Notes under the pieces: generated by a model
The model's input: the letters and a program-made list of their open reading frames with translations, nothing else
Told to the model about the DNA's origin: nothing
The model's database searches: none
Part shown: one piece after another, positions 10,855 through 24,094 of the stretch
Layout of the letters: every line of letters starts with the position of its first letter
How positions within the stretch are numbered: position 1 is the first letter of the stretch
Assembly (NCBI GenBank): GCA_025594325.1
Contig: JANHCV010000011.1
Location: 1,302,001-1,366,000 of the forward strand
DNA from: Blastocladiella emersonii ATCC 22665
Taxonomy: Eukaryota > Fungi > Blastocladiomycota
DNA length: 64,000 bases
Direction of reading: 5' to 3'
Made by a program: the position numbers and the translations under genes

Positions 10855-12165
10855 ATGAAAGCAGCCAACTCGATGCAACGCGCTCAATCCTCCTCGCCAT
10901 CAAAGTTTGATGAGCCCGCCGAAGGCAACCAGCCGGCCCCGCTGCTGACGATAACAGTCGAGCGGCTCGCGCAGGCGCTGCAGTGTATGGGCCGCTTCTC
11001 CCGGCAAACGAACACTTCCACCCCGTAACTCACGGAGGGCTTCCTTCTCAGACGGCCGCATCCCGCGCCCGGTCCTCGCGGCGCTGTCCGAGAACCAGTG
11101 CGCGCTGCTCGTCAAGCACCAAGTCCTGCGGTACCTGACGGTGCCGCAGCTCGCGCGCGTCGAGGCGTGCAACCCGGTACGACATTGCTCATTCGCTTAC
11201 ACTACTCGCGCGAGCCCCATCGACTGATTCGAGGAGCGTTCCCTCACGTTCGCCCAGCTGCTCGAGACGCTGACCGACGCCCTGTGGGAGTCGCACTGGG
11301 ACAACCTCGCCGCCGACCACCCGCAGTCGTGCGACGCGGTCATTGCCGCCGTCGAGCGCGAGGGCGACGACGTCGAGGTCTCGTTCAAGGAGCTGTTCCT
11401 GGTACGCTCGCGCTCGACCTGCGCTCCGCGATTCGGTCCCAACTTACCCTTAAACCTCACGTGTAGCGGTGGCGCCGCGCCGGGGAAGCGCGCAAGAAGC
11501 GCGTGGCCGACCGGATCGCGTCATCGCGCACGTCCGCATCTACACCATCCGCTGCTCCCGCTCGCGCCGGCACCGGCACCGGCGCACGCGGGTCCCGCGC
11601 ACCGCCACCTGACCCACCCGCGACACAACGTCGGCAGGTCCAGGTCGTGTCTCGCGCCGAAGCCGCGCGGCGCGTCCCGAGCCTGACCTCGGGCGCGTGG
11701 CGCGGGAGCGAGACGCCCGGGCTCGTCGACAAGCTGCGCGCCAAGGTGCGGCGCACGTCGGCGCAGCGGTCGCCGGGTGTCGGGCACGGCGTCGTCACGG
11801 CAACGGCCGCGATCCCACCACTCCCGATCGCGCGCAAGGTGACGGTTCCGCCGAAACTCCCGATCCGCGAAACCGCACCACCGCGGCCGGCCCCGAAACG
11901 CGCGGCGGACGGGACGCTGACGACGACGATGCGGGCGCCCGAGGACGTGCTCGCGGCGCGCGTCAAGGCGCGGCTGCAGGAGCGGCGCGAGCGCGAGGCG
12001 GCCGAGGCGGCCAAGACGACGAAGCAGTGGCGCAGCGCGGCGGCAAGGGCCGAGGCCGCGGGGCCGGCGAGTGCGCGCGTGGTGCTGAGCAGCCAGATCG
12101 CGATGGGGCGCGACGGTAAGGCGGGCGATGCGTTGTGGCGCGCGTTATCGGGCGGGTTGCCATGA
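10855..12165 (+). CDS. ELA1: Elongin A-like protein
   Basis: Spliced segment LRYLTVPQLARVEACNP...LLETLTDALWESHWDNLAADHP...SFKELFLRWRRAGEARKKRV fits the Elongin A domain pattern, followed by a basic low-complexity tail. Confidence 0.65.
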
Positions 12166-12251
12166 CGCGATGCGGTGGGTTGTGTGGGGAACGTGTATAA
12201 AGTGACAGAATACGCTAGGAACGATGGGGGACTGGGAGACGGGTGAAGTGC

Positions 12252-12949
12252 CTAGGCTGGTGGCGCGTCGACCTTGGCCTCGGCGGCGGCCGCGGACGGA
12301 GCGGGGGCGGCAGCGGCAGCGGCAGCAGCGGCCGCCTTGGCCTTCTTGGGCGGCGGCGTGAGCTTCGCCGTGGTCGCAGCGAGCCACTCGTGCTGGAGGC
12401 CACGGTACGGGTACTTGGGGACGGTGGCGAGGCGCTTGTTGCGTGCGGCCTGCGAGTCGGCGGACGGGAAGCCGGCGGCGGACACGTACGAGGCGGGGAG
12501 GCCCGAGATCTGCTCGAGCGTGTCGCCGGCCTTGACGACGGTGGCGCGGATGACGCGGGCGTCGAGCTTGAGCTGGCGGAGCAGCGTCGGGACCTCGGTG
12601 GGCGCCGCGTCGAAGACGACCGAGAAGTACTGCCCCTGCTCGTGGTACTCCTGGTGCGCCTTCATGCGGTACGGCAGCTTGGTGTCCTTGAGGTTGTTGA
12701 GCGACCGCACCACGCCGCCGCGGTGCAGCACGCTCAGCACCGTCTGCTTGAGCAGCGGGCGGACCATGGCCTAGATGCAGAGGTTCGGGTGCGAGAGACC
12801 ATACGATCGGCGCAAGGTAGGGGAGTGCAGCGGAGGCAGGAGTCGATGAGAGTCAGGATCTGCGACCGCGCGAGTCTGGGTCCGGAGGTTTTGGAGGCGC
12901 GGCATACCTCGCCGGAGCGAGCGATTGCGACGAGTTCATAGAGCGGCAT
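12252..12949 (-). CDS. MRP17: Mitochondrial ribosomal protein bS6m
   Basis: Exon 1 MPLYELVAIARSGE (12949-12908). Exon 2 includes GGVVRSL, LPYRMKAHQEYH and LKLDARVIRATVVK, which are ribosomal S6 motifs. Confidence 0.88.
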
Positions 12950-13418
12950 GGCAGAGCTTCGTTGCAGGTAGTGGGTGTGGACGGCAGCAGAATCGCTGAG
13001 CCGAGTTTGATCGGCAGTCAAGTCGCAGCGAAGCGCGCCCACGCCACGCGGCTGCCACTCCACTCTGCCCCTTCCAGCCCGGCGACGGGTCATGCGGCGT
13101 CACTGGACCCGAGTCAACACGCGGCTTCAACGTTCGCTCGCTCCGCCGCCCCGCGGGCCGCGGGCCGCTGGCCGCACGCTCGCCGCCCGCCTCGATTCCG
13201 CCACACCCGCCGTTGGCCTGGACGGTGACGAACGGTTGGCCTACGCACGCTTCACGCTACGCATCAACTACACGCACGACGCATCGACACGAATCGACGA
13301 CTCGCGGAACCCCCCAGACTTCCTCGACCCGCCGGCTCCTGCAACCTCGACGCGCTCGCAGTCCCCCCTTATTTATTTCTCCCCAACCCTCCTCCTCCAA
13401 CCCATTCCTACAAGCAGC

Positions 13419-14270
13419 ATGTCGTTCCGTGGCGGTCGCGGTGGCAGTTTCGGCGGTGGTCGCGGCGGCGGCGGCGGTTTCCGCGGTGGACGCGGTGGCG
13501 GCCGCGGCGGGTTCTCGGGCGGCTACGGCGGCGACCAGGGCTCTTCTGAGATCATTGGTGTGTACTTTGTGACGGTGGTGCGATGGAGGCTGCTGATGCA
13601 TGTGGCTGACCCTCGACCGCGTGCAGAGATGGGTACCTTCATGCACCCGTGCGAGGGCGAGCTGGTCTGCAAGTCGACCAACGTCAAGATCCCGTACTTC
13701 AACGCGCCCATCTACCTCGAGAACAAGACGCAGATCGGCAAGGTGGACGAGATCCTCGGCCCCATGAACGAGGTGTTCTTCACGGTCAAGCTCGCCGACG
13801 GCATGCAGGCCACGTCGTTCAAGGCCAACGACAAGGTGTTCATTGGCGACGACAAGCTGCTCCCGATTGAGCGCTTCCTGCCCAAGCCCAAGGTGGCCGG
13901 CGGCAAGGTCGCCAAGAAGCCCGCTGGCGGTGCCGGCGGTCGCGGTGGCCGCGGCGGCGCGCGTGGCGGCCGTGGTGGGTTCGGCAGCGACCGCGGTGGT
14001 CGTGGCGGCTTTGGCGGTCGCGGCGGCAGCCGTGGTGGCTTCGGCGGTGGCCGTGGCGGTTTCGGCGGCAGCGACCGCGGTGGTCGCGGTGGCTTCGGCG
14101 GCGGTCGCGGTGGCGGCCGTGGCGGCTTTGGCGGCGACCGCGGTGGTCGCGGCGGCGGCTTCGGCGGCCGTGGTCGCGGCCGTGGTGGTTGTACGTTGCT
14201 CTCTCATCTGCGCGCTGTCGAGGTGACCCTGACTGACCTTGCTCCCCTCGCTCCACCACGTCTAGACTAA
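13419..14270 (+). CDS. GAR1: H/ACA snoRNP subunit Gar1
   Basis: RGG-rich termini flank the core [46 protein letters not shown]; two introns. Confidence 0.97.
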   Translation: MSFRGGRGGSFGGGRGGGGGFRGGRGGGRGGFSGGYGGDQGSSEIIGVYFVTVVRWRLLMHVADPRPRAEMGTFMHPCEGELVCKSTNVKIPYFNAPIYLENKTQIGKVDEILGPMNEVFFTVKLADGMQATSFKANDKVFIGDDKLLPIERFLPKPKVAGGKVAKKPAGGAGGRGGRGGARGGRGGFGSDRGGRGGFGGRGGSRGGFGGGRGGFGGSDRGGRGGFGGGRGGGRGGFGGDRGGRGGGFGGRGRGRGGCTLLSHLRAVEVTLTDLAPLAPPRLD

Positions 14271-14437
14271 GCCCCACTGCCTCCTCGCCCTCATTGCACA
14301 GAGCCTCTACTACCGGTCCACGAGGACCATATTGTTTCTTGTCCATTTGCCCCTCCCCCTCTGCGCCCTCAACCCCTCTCCCTGTTCAAAATGTAGCTTT
14401 TCCCTTTTGTATAACTAGTCCTTGTTGTCTGTCACGG

Positions 14438-14980
14438 TCACGGTTTACTTGGGGTTGGTGAGGGGTCGTGCTCGTCGAGGTGGTCGAGCGCGCCCTGCAC
14501 GCGGGCGAGCGCCAGGTCCACGGCCTGCGTCGAGAGGGCGAGCAGGCGCTCCTCCGAGTAGATGTCGGCGCGGAACGGCGGCAGCGGCGACACGATGCCC
14601 TCGGTCGACAGCAGCCGGAACGCCTTGCGCAGGTTGCGCTGGATCGCCTACTCGTTGCGCGGTGAACCGTGAGCGACAGCGTCTCGCGTCTCGCCACCGA
14701 CCAAACCGCACGTTCATGGACCCGAGGTACGCGTCGGTCGCGGCATTGATGGCGAATGCGTGGTTCATGGCGGCCTCGAGGTCCTCGGGGCTGTCGCGGT
14801 CGGCGGCGGCGGGGACCGGCGTGTTGGCGAGCAAGTCGAGCGCCTCGGACGCGGCGCGCACGAGTCCGACGACGGCGTGCTCGGCCGCCTGGATGTCGTT
14901 GAGCCACGTCCCCTGCTCGTCGGCCGGCGATGCACCGAGTCCCGGCGCGCTTGATGGTGGTGGTGGTGCGTTGCGATCCA
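14438..14980 (-). CDS. MED11: Mediator subunit Med11-like helical protein
   Basis: LNDIQAAEHAVVGLVRAASEALDLL...YLGSMN|AIQRNLRKAFRLL...IYSEERLLAL; one GT-AG intron; size and heptad pattern fit Med11. Confidence 0.55.
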
Positions 14981-15138
14981 TTGCATGCAATCAGGTGATG
15001 GAGCGCAGACGCGGCGGCGATCTCCGAGCAAGAGGCGCGTCTCCGCCGGCCGACCTCGCCTGCGCCTCCGCCCCGCCTCCGCGCTCCCTCCCTCCCTCAA
15101 TCCCACAGCCTACCCATGCAACAAACTCACCAAGCACA

Positions 15139-17960
15139 ATGGCATCGCACCGATCCTCGTACATGAGCACCACCAGCAGCGTGTCGTCGTCGTCGACGAG
15201 CCTGGCGCTGCCGCCCGCGCTGCGGAGTGCCTACGGCGGCGGGCGGCGCAGCGGGACCGCGAGCGGGACTGGCGGAGCAGGAGGCGGATCCGGTGGAGGA
15301 AGGCGGTCACACGCGCTGCGCCGCGAGGTCATCTCGCCCACGCCGTCGTCGGCGTCGTCGTACGCGACGCAGGGCTCGTCGCGGTCGACGTCGGGCCTCT
15401 CGAGCGCGCCGATCGAGGTCCAGGAGGCTGTTGTCATCGAGGATCTCCTGTCGCTGCTCATGGTGCGCTCCCACGTGTGAGAATGCATGCATACACCCCA
15501 GCGGCTCACTCACCCGCTCCAGCGCGGACCGCGTAGGGCATCGAGGGCAAGCACATCCACTTTGCCGAGGGCCCGTTCCCGATGCGGTTCCTCGACTCGG
15601 AGCTGCGTCTGACGCCCGAGGACCTGGTCAACCCCGAGTACTTTGCCGTGTCGGACGCGCTCGACGCGTCGCTGCGCGATTTCGTGACACGCCTCCTCCC
15701 GCTCGCGTCGTGCCACGAGGTGATCTCGGCGTTCATCCAGTCCTACTCCGAGTTCATGTGCGGCTACGTGAACCACGCGATCGCCGCGGCGATGCGCACC
15801 GTCCTGAAGGAGTACATGCTGGTGCTCGTCCAGCTCGAGCACGAGTTCCGCGCGCGGCCCGGCTTCTCGCTGCAAAAGTGCTGGTACTACCTCGCGCCCT
15901 CGCTCGCCACGCTGCGCGCGTGCGCCGAGGTCTGCGTCGAGATCCACACCAAGTTCAAGCCGCTCCAGCCGTCCGCCGCATCGTCGCGCCTCCCGTCCGT
16001 CGTCGACCTCGCGTCGCACGGGCTCGCCGCGGGCGTCTCGTCGCTGTCCCTCGGCGGCGGCGGCGGCCGCGAGGACCACGGCAGCAGCGACGTCCTGATG
16101 CTCGGCGACGGCGCACCACCCGTCCGGGAGTGGCACCACGTGGGCGGGGGCGTGCTCGGGATGCTGTGCGACCGGTACGTGGCGACGTCGGGCGACCCGC
16201 ACGCCAAGCGGCTGCACCAGTACCTGCTGTCGCACGCGGCGAAGCCGTTCCTCGAGCTGCTGCGCGAGTGGATCCACCTCGGCAAGGTCGAGCGCGACAA
16301 GTACCAGGAGTTCATGGTCATCAAGCACGACCTCAAGAAGCACGCGCCCATGTCCGAGCTCGACGACGCCTACTGGGACAAGTGCTACGAGCTGCGGCCC
16401 GGCGCGGTCCCGCCGTTCCTCGCCGACTACGCCACCATGATCATGCACACGGGAAAGTACCTCAACGTCTACATCGACTGCAACTCGTCGATCCGCCTCG
16501 CCGCCGAGGACATGGCCCAGCGCGCGGCGGCCGCGGCCGCGGCGGCAGCCGCGTCGGCGTCAGCGGCATCGGGCCCGCGCACCGTCGCGCTCGCGGCGGG
16601 CGGCACCGTGCTCAACGAGCTCGCCGTGGCCGTCGACGGCACGGGGGCGTACCTGGCCGAGATCGAGGCGGCGCACCGGGTCGCGAACCGGCACGTGCTG
16701 GACCTGCTGTTCAACAAGACGCAGCTGGTGCCGCGGCTCAAGTCGCTCAAGCACTTCATGCTGCTGGACCAGAGCGACTGGTTCGACCACTTTCTCGACA
16801 GCGCCCTGACCGAGCTGCAGAAACCGTACGACCAGGTGCGCCTCGCCAAGGTCCAGAGCCTGCTCGACGTCGCCGCACGCAACCCCGCCAGCGTCACCTG
16901 CACCGACCCGTACAAGGAACACGTCAAGGTCAAGATGGACGCGGCCCCGCTGTTCGACCAGCTCCTCGCTATCGTCTCCGTGACCTCCGAGATCCCCGGG
17001 CTCACCTCGGGCACAGTGGCGTCGACGCTGCTCGGGACCGGCGGCGGCGGCGGCGCCGACGAGACCACGGCCACCGCGACAACCGCGGCCTCCGCGGCGT
17101 CCAAGAAGCTGTACAGCGGGCTGCAGGCCATGATCCTGGACCACGAGATCAAGTTCCCGCTCTCCATCGTCTTCTCGAAGCGCGCCATGGTCAAGTACCA
17201 GATCCTGTTCCGCAACCTGGCCCAGCTCAAGCTGCTGGACCGCCAGCTCGGCGCCTCGTGGCTGATGCAGACGCGCAAGGTGCCGGCGTCGCGCCACCCG
17301 CGCGGGTTCACGGGCCACGGCCAGGGCGGCCACGCCGCCGTCGCCCCGTCGGTCGTCACCGACGCGCTGGAGCAGATCGGCGCGCGGATCGCGCTCCTCC
17401 GTATGCGCATGCTCGCGCTCGTCCAGGCCATCACGGGGTACCTCACCGTCGACGTGATCGAGCCCAAGCACCAGCTCCTCGAGCGCGCGCTGGCGCAGGC
17501 GGCGCGCGGGACCGCCGGCGAACCGACCGCATCGTCGGGCCCCGAGTCCGCGCAGACCGTCGACGGCGTGCTCAAGGCGCTGCACGACTTCCTCGACGAC
17601 TGCCTGCGCGACGCGTTCCTGAGCAGCGACCGGCTGCTGCCCATCTACCGCAAGCTGGTGGAGGCCGTGGACCGGTTCATCCGGGTGTACGACGCGTACG
17701 TGCGGCTATCGCCGCACCTCGCGGCGTCGGCCGGGTCGGCCCGCGGCGTGTCGGCGAGCGACGCGGAGCGGCTGCACCGCGTCGAGCGCAGCCTGACGCA
17801 GATCGAGGCCGTGTGGGTATACCACATGCGGCTGTTCCTCAACGGGCTCAAGAAGGCCGCGGGCAACGAGACCCAGCTGTTCCTCGTGCTGTACAATCGC
17901 ATCGACCTCAACGGGTTCTACATGGACGGGCAGACCGAGGGGGTCATGGCGGGGTATTGA
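15139..17960 (+). CDS. SPC97: Gamma-tubulin complex component GCP2 (Spc97/Alp4)
   Basis: QEAVVIEDLLSLLM|GIEGKHI, GYVNHAIAAAMR, SLQKCWYY, YWDKCY, GKYLNV, LKHFMLLDQSDWF and KYQILFR motifs; one intron. Confidence 0.9.
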
Positions 17961-18015
17961 AGTGGAATGCACACGCGCACGTTTATACAGAAAACAAATG
18001 GTTACAGGGAGACGA

Positions 18016-18803
18016 CTACGCAAAGCTGTTGGCGTCGGGCAACCGCTCGATCTGGTACCGGCGCTGGCCGATGTGCATGATGGGGACACCCGGGATCTTG
18101 CGGATACGCGCGCGGAGCTCCTTGTCGCACGTCGCGACAATGTAGCACCGGTGCTGGGTGACGCGGTTGACAATGCAGTCGTCGGCGTAGGTGCCCTTGT
18201 GGCTGCAGGGGAGCCGCTCGAAGCGCGGGTCGCGCGCCGTCTTGAGGGCGAGGCGGTACTTGACGCCGAGCTTCTCGATCTCGGCAATCACGCACTCGGG
18301 CACGCACACGATGACTTTTGCCATCAGGCAGTCCATCATGGCCTTCATCACCTCCAGCTTGTTCTGGATCGAGAAGTTGATGAAGTTGGTGTCGATGATG
18401 ACGTGGAACGGCGGGCCCAGCGCCTCGTTGTACTTGAAGAACAGCGACGAGGCGACCTGGTCGCTACATTGCAGGGGATGGCGTGAGTGCGCTGGTGATG
18501 CGTCGCGAGAGCGTCCGGGATGACGTACACGTGGTGCACCTCCTTCTTCTTGGCCGCCTCCTGCTTCTTGATGGCCTTCTCCTGCACCTGCTTACTACGA
18601 GTCGCACGGGAGCGTCAGCGAAGCTAGCCCGCTTCCACAGCACCACCCGAGAAGCGTACAGGCGCGCGTCGTTGGGCGCAATCATGCGCTTGACGGCGGC
18701 AAACTTGCGCGTCTTCTTGGCTTTCGTCTACGGGCGCACGCGCGCGGCGGTGGACGCGTCAGCGCCTTGTGTTGCATCGAGTGTTACATGAGCATTTTAC
18801 CAT
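18016..18803 (-). CDS. FCF1: rRNA-processing PIN-domain protein Fcf1/Utp24
   Basis: ATG-only first coding exon, then TKAKKTRKFAAVKRMI, FFKYNEALGPP, IIDTNF, HKGTYADDCIV and YIVATCDKEL. Confidence 0.95.
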
Positions 18804-19064
18804 GGTGGGTGTTCGTGTGCGTGTCGTCGCGATGGATGCCCGCGCCACGCCGCGATGACGACGAGGCGGCAGGCGAGTCGCGCGTGGCGCAGTGCGCGCG
18901 CGCGTCGCGGTCAGGTGACGGCAAGTGACCGGTCGCTGTGCGCAAGAGGGTTCGTGTAACAAGCTGATTTTTTTCCCATATAGACAAGCGAGCAGGAGAA
19001 CGAGACGAGGGAGAGTAGTAGTAGTAGGTGGTGGGGTAAAAAGAGGAGGGAGGGGGAGGGAGGT

Positions 19065-20120
19065 TTACTTGCCGAGCTTCTCCTTGATCTCGAGGGCCCA
19101 GGCGACCATGTCGACCTTGGAGTCGCGCGACTTTCGCACGAACGCGTGCTGGTTGACCTGGGCGGGCGTTGGCCGCTTGGCGGGGTCTTTGATGAGGCAC
19201 ACGGCGACAAAGTCCTCGAACTCGGGCGAGAAGACGCCGGCGGGTAACCGCGGCACGTCCTCGTTGACGATGTACTCGAGCAGCTCGATCACGGCCAGGT
19301 TCTTCTCCTCGCCGTTGGGCGGGAACGGGAACCGGCCGGTCGCGAGCTCCATGAGCGCGATGCCGAGCGACCACACGTCCGACTGCACGCCGTAGTCGCT
19401 GCCCTTGATGCGCTCGGGCGACATGTAGGCCGAGGTGCCGACAAACGTCTTGACGACCGAGTCGATGGCCTCGCCCGAGACCCCGAAATCGCACAGCTTG
19501 ACGGCACCGTTGCTGTTGATGAGCACGTTGTTGGGCTTGACGTCGCGGTGGATGATGCGGTGGGTCATGTACAGGTAGATGAGGCCCTCGAGGACGGCGA
19601 CTGAGAGTTTCCCGAGAATCTCCTCGGGCAGCTTGCCGACCTTGTTGTAGATGTGGTCGAGCGAGCCGAGGTCCATGTGCTCCATGCAGATGAAAATCTC
19701 GCCCTCGTGGATGAAGGCGCCGAAGAAGTCGACAATGTAGGGCGAGTCGCACGAGTGCAGGACCTGGAGCTCGCGCACGACCTGCTTCTTGAGCTTCTCG
19801 ACCTCGACCTCGAGGATGCGGTTGGGCCCGCGGTCGATGAACAGCGCCTTGCGCGCCATGATGCGGCCGGTCGGGCGGTGCAGCACCTTCTTGACGGTGC
19901 CGCCGTTGCCGTGGCCGAGCTCGCCCAGCTCGTCGAAATCCTCGGCGTGCAGGTCCATCTTGACCAGCTGGCTCTCGAGCGCGATCTTGGAGATGCCCGA
20001 GGTGATCGAGTCCATGTCGGCGGTCGCCTTGGGCGCGGGCACCGGCGCCTGGTTCTCGGGCAGCTTCAGGCCCTTGAAGTTGCGCTTCTTCTTGAGCCCC
20101 GCGGGCGAGTCCGTGTCCAT
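19065..20120 (-). CDS. STE7: MAP kinase kinase, Ste7/Fuz7/Byr1-like (intronless)
   Basis: N-terminal docking motif KKKRNFKGLKL, GHGNGG, HRDVKPNN, DFG, SVVKTFVGTSAYMSPERI. Confidence 0.9.
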   Translation of the reverse strand: MDTDSPAGLKKKRNFKGLKLPENQAPVPAPKATADMDSITSGISKIALESQLVKMDLHAEDFDELGELGHGNGGTVKKVLHRPTGRIMARKALFIDRGPNRILEVEVEKLKKQVVRELQVLHSCDSPYIVDFFGAFIHEGEIFICMEHMDLGSLDHIYNKVGKLPEEILGKLSVAVLEGLIYLYMTHRIIHRDVKPNNVLINSNGAVKLCDFGVSGEAIDSVVKTFVGTSAYMSPERIKGSDYGVQSDVWSLGIALMELATGRFPFPPNGEEKNLAVIELLEYIVNEDVPRLPAGVFSPEFEDFVAVCLIKDPAKRPTPAQVNQHAFVRKSRDSKVDMVAWALEIKEKLGK

Positions 20121-21273
20121 GGTCGGATAGCTCTGCACCGTGCGGCAAGGGGTGTGAGCGCGGGTGCGGCGCGCGCTACCGGGGACGTCGGTGCATACGT
20201 TGGGTTGGACGAGTTGTGGTGGCGAAGCAAGCAGCAGCGGGCACTCGTGCGGGTCGTCGGGTCGATGCGTGGTGTCGATGCGTGTTCAGGGCGCCGCGGC
20301 GGCCAGTGCGTGATCCGTTGCAAGGTGTGGTGCGTTGCTCTGAAGCCGCGAGTTGAGAGGGGAGGGCGGGAGAGGAGAGAGCGGGCGGCGCGGCGCGGCG
20401 GCGGTGGCGGAGCCGGCCGGGTCGCTCGCTCGCCGTCCGAGATGAAGAACACGCGGCCGCCACGTTCAAAAATACAGCGCGCGCGCTTGCGCTCTCTGCT
20501 TGCTTGCCTTCTCGCCTTCGACTTTGCTGAGACTCGCTTGTGCAGCGCGCACTCGAAACACGCCCCAACGAGGCACCCGCTCTCTCCCCTCCCGCTCCTC
20601 GAGGTTACGCTCGCGAGCACGCGCTCCTGACCGACGTCGTCGTCGCGCACGCGCGCCAGGGAGCGGCCTCTACCCTCGCAGCGACGCGTAGTACCACCAT
20701 CGGCGCGTGCGGCAGAAGCTGACACGGCGGGCCGAGCGGTGCGCGCGCCCGGCCCCGGTTCCAGAAGATCGGGAAGGCGAGCGGAGCGCGCGCGCACGCT
20801 GAGCGAACGGCTGGATCGGGCGGGCTGCAGCGGTGGCTCAGCATCGGGCGGCCGCTGGGTCCTCACCCCTCGATGAGGTTGACGGTGCTCGGTGGGCCGA
20901 AAAAGGGCTTGCGAGGGAACTTGGTCTTGTGAAGCACGGGAACCGCTTTTTGACGACGAGGGCGCTTGAGGATCGACCCTCGAGGTTGGCAGGGCTGTCG
21001 CGGGCCTCCACGGCCGTCAACGAGCGCGCGGAATTCACGTGTTGCCTGCCCGAAAAACGTCTCCCGGGTGGCCCAGCAGCAAAAAGGGCGAGGCGAAACG
21101 CGTCGATCAGGCCGGCGTGACCACGCGTCGACCCCAGCCAGCGCCCCTGTGGCCGCGACCCGCACGCGTCGCTCGCACGATTCCGCTCTCTCTCCCCCTC
21201 TCTCCCCTCCTCGACAAGTAAAACCCATGAACCACCGCCCCCACTCGATGCAACCTAGACCCGTGCCGCCGCC

Positions 21274-24013
21274 ATGTCGTCGCCCGCCACCAACCCGTCC
21301 AACTGCAAGCGCGGCGCCTTTGCCGACGTGTACCGCAAGAACTGCCAGTTCGTCAAGGGCTACCCGCTGTCGTTTGTCCTGACGCCGACCTACTTTGCGT
21401 CGGCGGCGCTGCGCGTCCCCGCCGACAAGGTGCTGACGTCCGCCGACTGGGACCTGCTCGTCGGCGCCCTGACCCTCGCCGACGACCTGCGCTGCATCTG
21501 CCTGTGGAGCGTGTGGTGGTCCGAGAAGAAGCAGCAGCTGCTCCGACTCAAGTCGACCGCCGACCTCGACAAGGCCCGCGATGCGCTCAAGGCAAGAGTC
21601 CCGCTCGTCCTCCACGCCGAGATCCTCGACCCGCTCGTCAAGTCGATTGGCGCCGCCCTGAGGCACTGCAAGGACCTCACCTCGCTCACGCTCGCGGGGC
21701 TCGTCCTCAACGTGCCCGCCGTCCGCACCCTCTCGATCGCGCTCGTCCGGAGTACCTCGCTCTCACACCTGTCGCTCGCGCGGTGTGAGATTGGACACCA
21801 GGGGTTCTCGGGTACGCTTCATTGCTGGGCGTATCGCTCCGCGGTTTCTCACGTCTTGGAGTGGGTGTAGAGCTCGCGGGCGCCATCAAGTCTTCCACCT
21901 CGCTCACCGTCCTCGACCTCTCCGACAACCTGCTCACCCACGCCTCGGCCGCGCTCCTCGCCGAGGCCATCAAGGTACACCCTTTCCTTCTTAGAGTCCC
22001 ACGCTCATCCTGCCGCCTAACCGATGTTCGGCAACTCTAGTCCCAGTCGGTCCGCCGCGTCGAGGCCGCGTTCCCACACCTGCTACGCTCCTCGCGCCCG
22101 CTCGCCGCCCTCGGCGCCGCCGACTCGGGCTACGGCGCGAGCCATTACCCCTCATCCTTTTCGGCCCATGCGCGCCGCTCATCGGCGGCGACCCCGGGCT
22201 CGCCCGCGAAACCCCACGGGTCCGGCGCCGCCGTGATCCTCAAGCGCGTCAACCTGTCGTGCAACCCGATTGGCGACGGCGGCCTGTACCACCTGCTCGA
22301 CGCGCTGCAGAACGACGTGGGCGTGCAGGCCATCGACCTGCAGCGCACGCGCCTCACGTCCGACGGCGTCGAGGCCGCGCTGCTCGTCCTCCAGGACGTG
22401 CCTGGTGCTGCCGCCCTGGACGTGCGCAATAATCCGGATGCGGGTACGGTTCACCGCGTACCTCCCCGTGTTCCTGAGCTAACCCCGCCCCGTTAGACCC
22501 CGAGCTGATCCGCCAAGTCCACGCCATCGGCGCCGCGACGTGCGCGCGCGACCCGGACCTCGCGCGGATCCCGGACGGCCGCCACCCGCTCGAGGCCTCG
22601 CTGTTCCAGGGCGCCGGCGCCCCGCCGCGGCTCAACCTCGCCACCAAGACCAAGTCCGCGTCGTCGCGGTACAAGGTCGCCGCACCGTCGCCCGCGGGCG
22701 GCACCACCAAACCCGCCACCGTCAAGCCGATCGGCCCGCGCGCAGCGTGGCGGCCCGCGGGGATCCTGCCGCCGCGGCAGTCGGCAGATACGCGCGGCCG
22801 GGCCCGCGAGAAGCGCGGGTCCCGCCCCGCATCGCCCACAACCACGGCCGCGTGGCACCCCGTCGTCAACGTCGACGAGGTCGTCGGGCTCGTCGAGACC
22901 AACTGCACGCTCGCGGCCAAGGTCGACGCGCTCGAGCTCGCCCTGCTCACGGCCATGGAGACGCCGCCGCCGAGCGCCGAGACGTGGCATCGTCAGCAGA
23001 TGCAGGTGCAGCAGCACGAGTACATGTACCACGGGTTCGGGTACGAGCAGCAGCAGCAGCAGCAGCAGGTGCACGCGCAGCCGATGGTCGGAGCGGGGGT
23101 GCACTGGGGCGACGGGCTGCAGCTTCAGCAACCACATCATCATCATCAGCCGCCGCAGCACCAGTTGGCGGTCGCAGTAGCTGCTCCCGAGCCGGCGCCA
23201 GCGCCGAGTGTTCCTGCACCTCAACCGCCAACAGCAGCAGCAGCAGCAGCAGCAGCGGCGGCGCCTGCAGTTTCGGTCCCATCGCCGCCGTCCATCGCAT
23301 GGCCAACGCTCCCCGCCCCGCTCGTCGCCGCCGCCCCCGCGCCGGCCACTGCTCCAGCGCCCGCCGACTCTCCACCCCGCACCACCACCCACCGCGACTC
23401 ACCCGACTCCGACGCGTCCCTGCTCGCGCTCGGCGCCGCCATCAAGTCGCTGCACGCGCACGTGCGGTCCGCCGCGACGTGTCCGTGGTCGGCGTACACG
23501 GCGCGGCACGCGGCGGCGCGCGTGTCGAGCCTCATCCCCTCCTCCCACCCCACCGCCACCGACGACGAAACCTCCCCCGCAGCCATGCTCGCGCGGACCG
23601 CCGCCAAACTCGCCGCGGCCGCGGAAGCCGCGGACCGGCGGTGGTGGGACAAGCACCCGGACACGATGCGGCGCGTGGTCGCGGTCGACGCGTGGGTCGC
23701 GGCGGCGGCGGCGGCGGTCGCGCGGGGAGAGGTTGAGCCGGTGGATGAGACAAGGGCCGAGGAAGATGGGGACGAGGAGGAGCAAGGGGATGGGAGCTAT
23801 ACCCGCGAATCGTCGCCGCTCCGGCTGCGCGACCTCGTCGGCGTCAACACCGAAGTGGCAGTCGCGCGGATCACGGCGGCGGCGGGTGCGGCGGGTGTGG
23901 ATGGCGAGGAGGCGACGCTGTACCGCACCGTCGACGAGCGGGAGCGCGAACGGGACCGGGAGCACGGGCGCGGGTCGAGAAGGCGCACGGTGCTGCCCAT
24001 GGTCGAGAGCTGA
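21274..24013 (+). CDS. CEP78: Centrosomal LRR protein CEP78-like (multi-exon)
   Basis: N-terminus F..VY..NC....YPL...ADWDLLVGAL and RNI-type LRRs (LSHLSLARCEIG, LKRVNLSCNPIGD, AIDLQRTRLT, ALDVRNNP) follow the order recalled for CEP78; low-complexity C-terminus. Confidence 0.7.
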
Positions 24014-24094
24014 TTCGAGTCCACTTGGCGGTGACGGTGACAATGATGACTAGGCTGGTTCTATTTGTACAGGTAAGAGGTTGAGGCAGGGCGG

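Noticed and set aside
12771-12907. Unusually long (137 nt) MRP17 intron possibly hiding a micro-exon
   Set aside because: No AG follows the internal CTGAC, and direct splicing already gives a normal S6 N-terminus.
13419-14200. Highly repetitive GGC/GGT tract
   Set aside because: These are the normal RGG boxes of Gar1, not a separate repeat or array.
15227-18145. 972-aa plus-strand ORF overlapping GCP2
   Set aside because: Alternative frame of the GCP2 CDS. It is Arg/Ala/Pro-rich with no domain signal.
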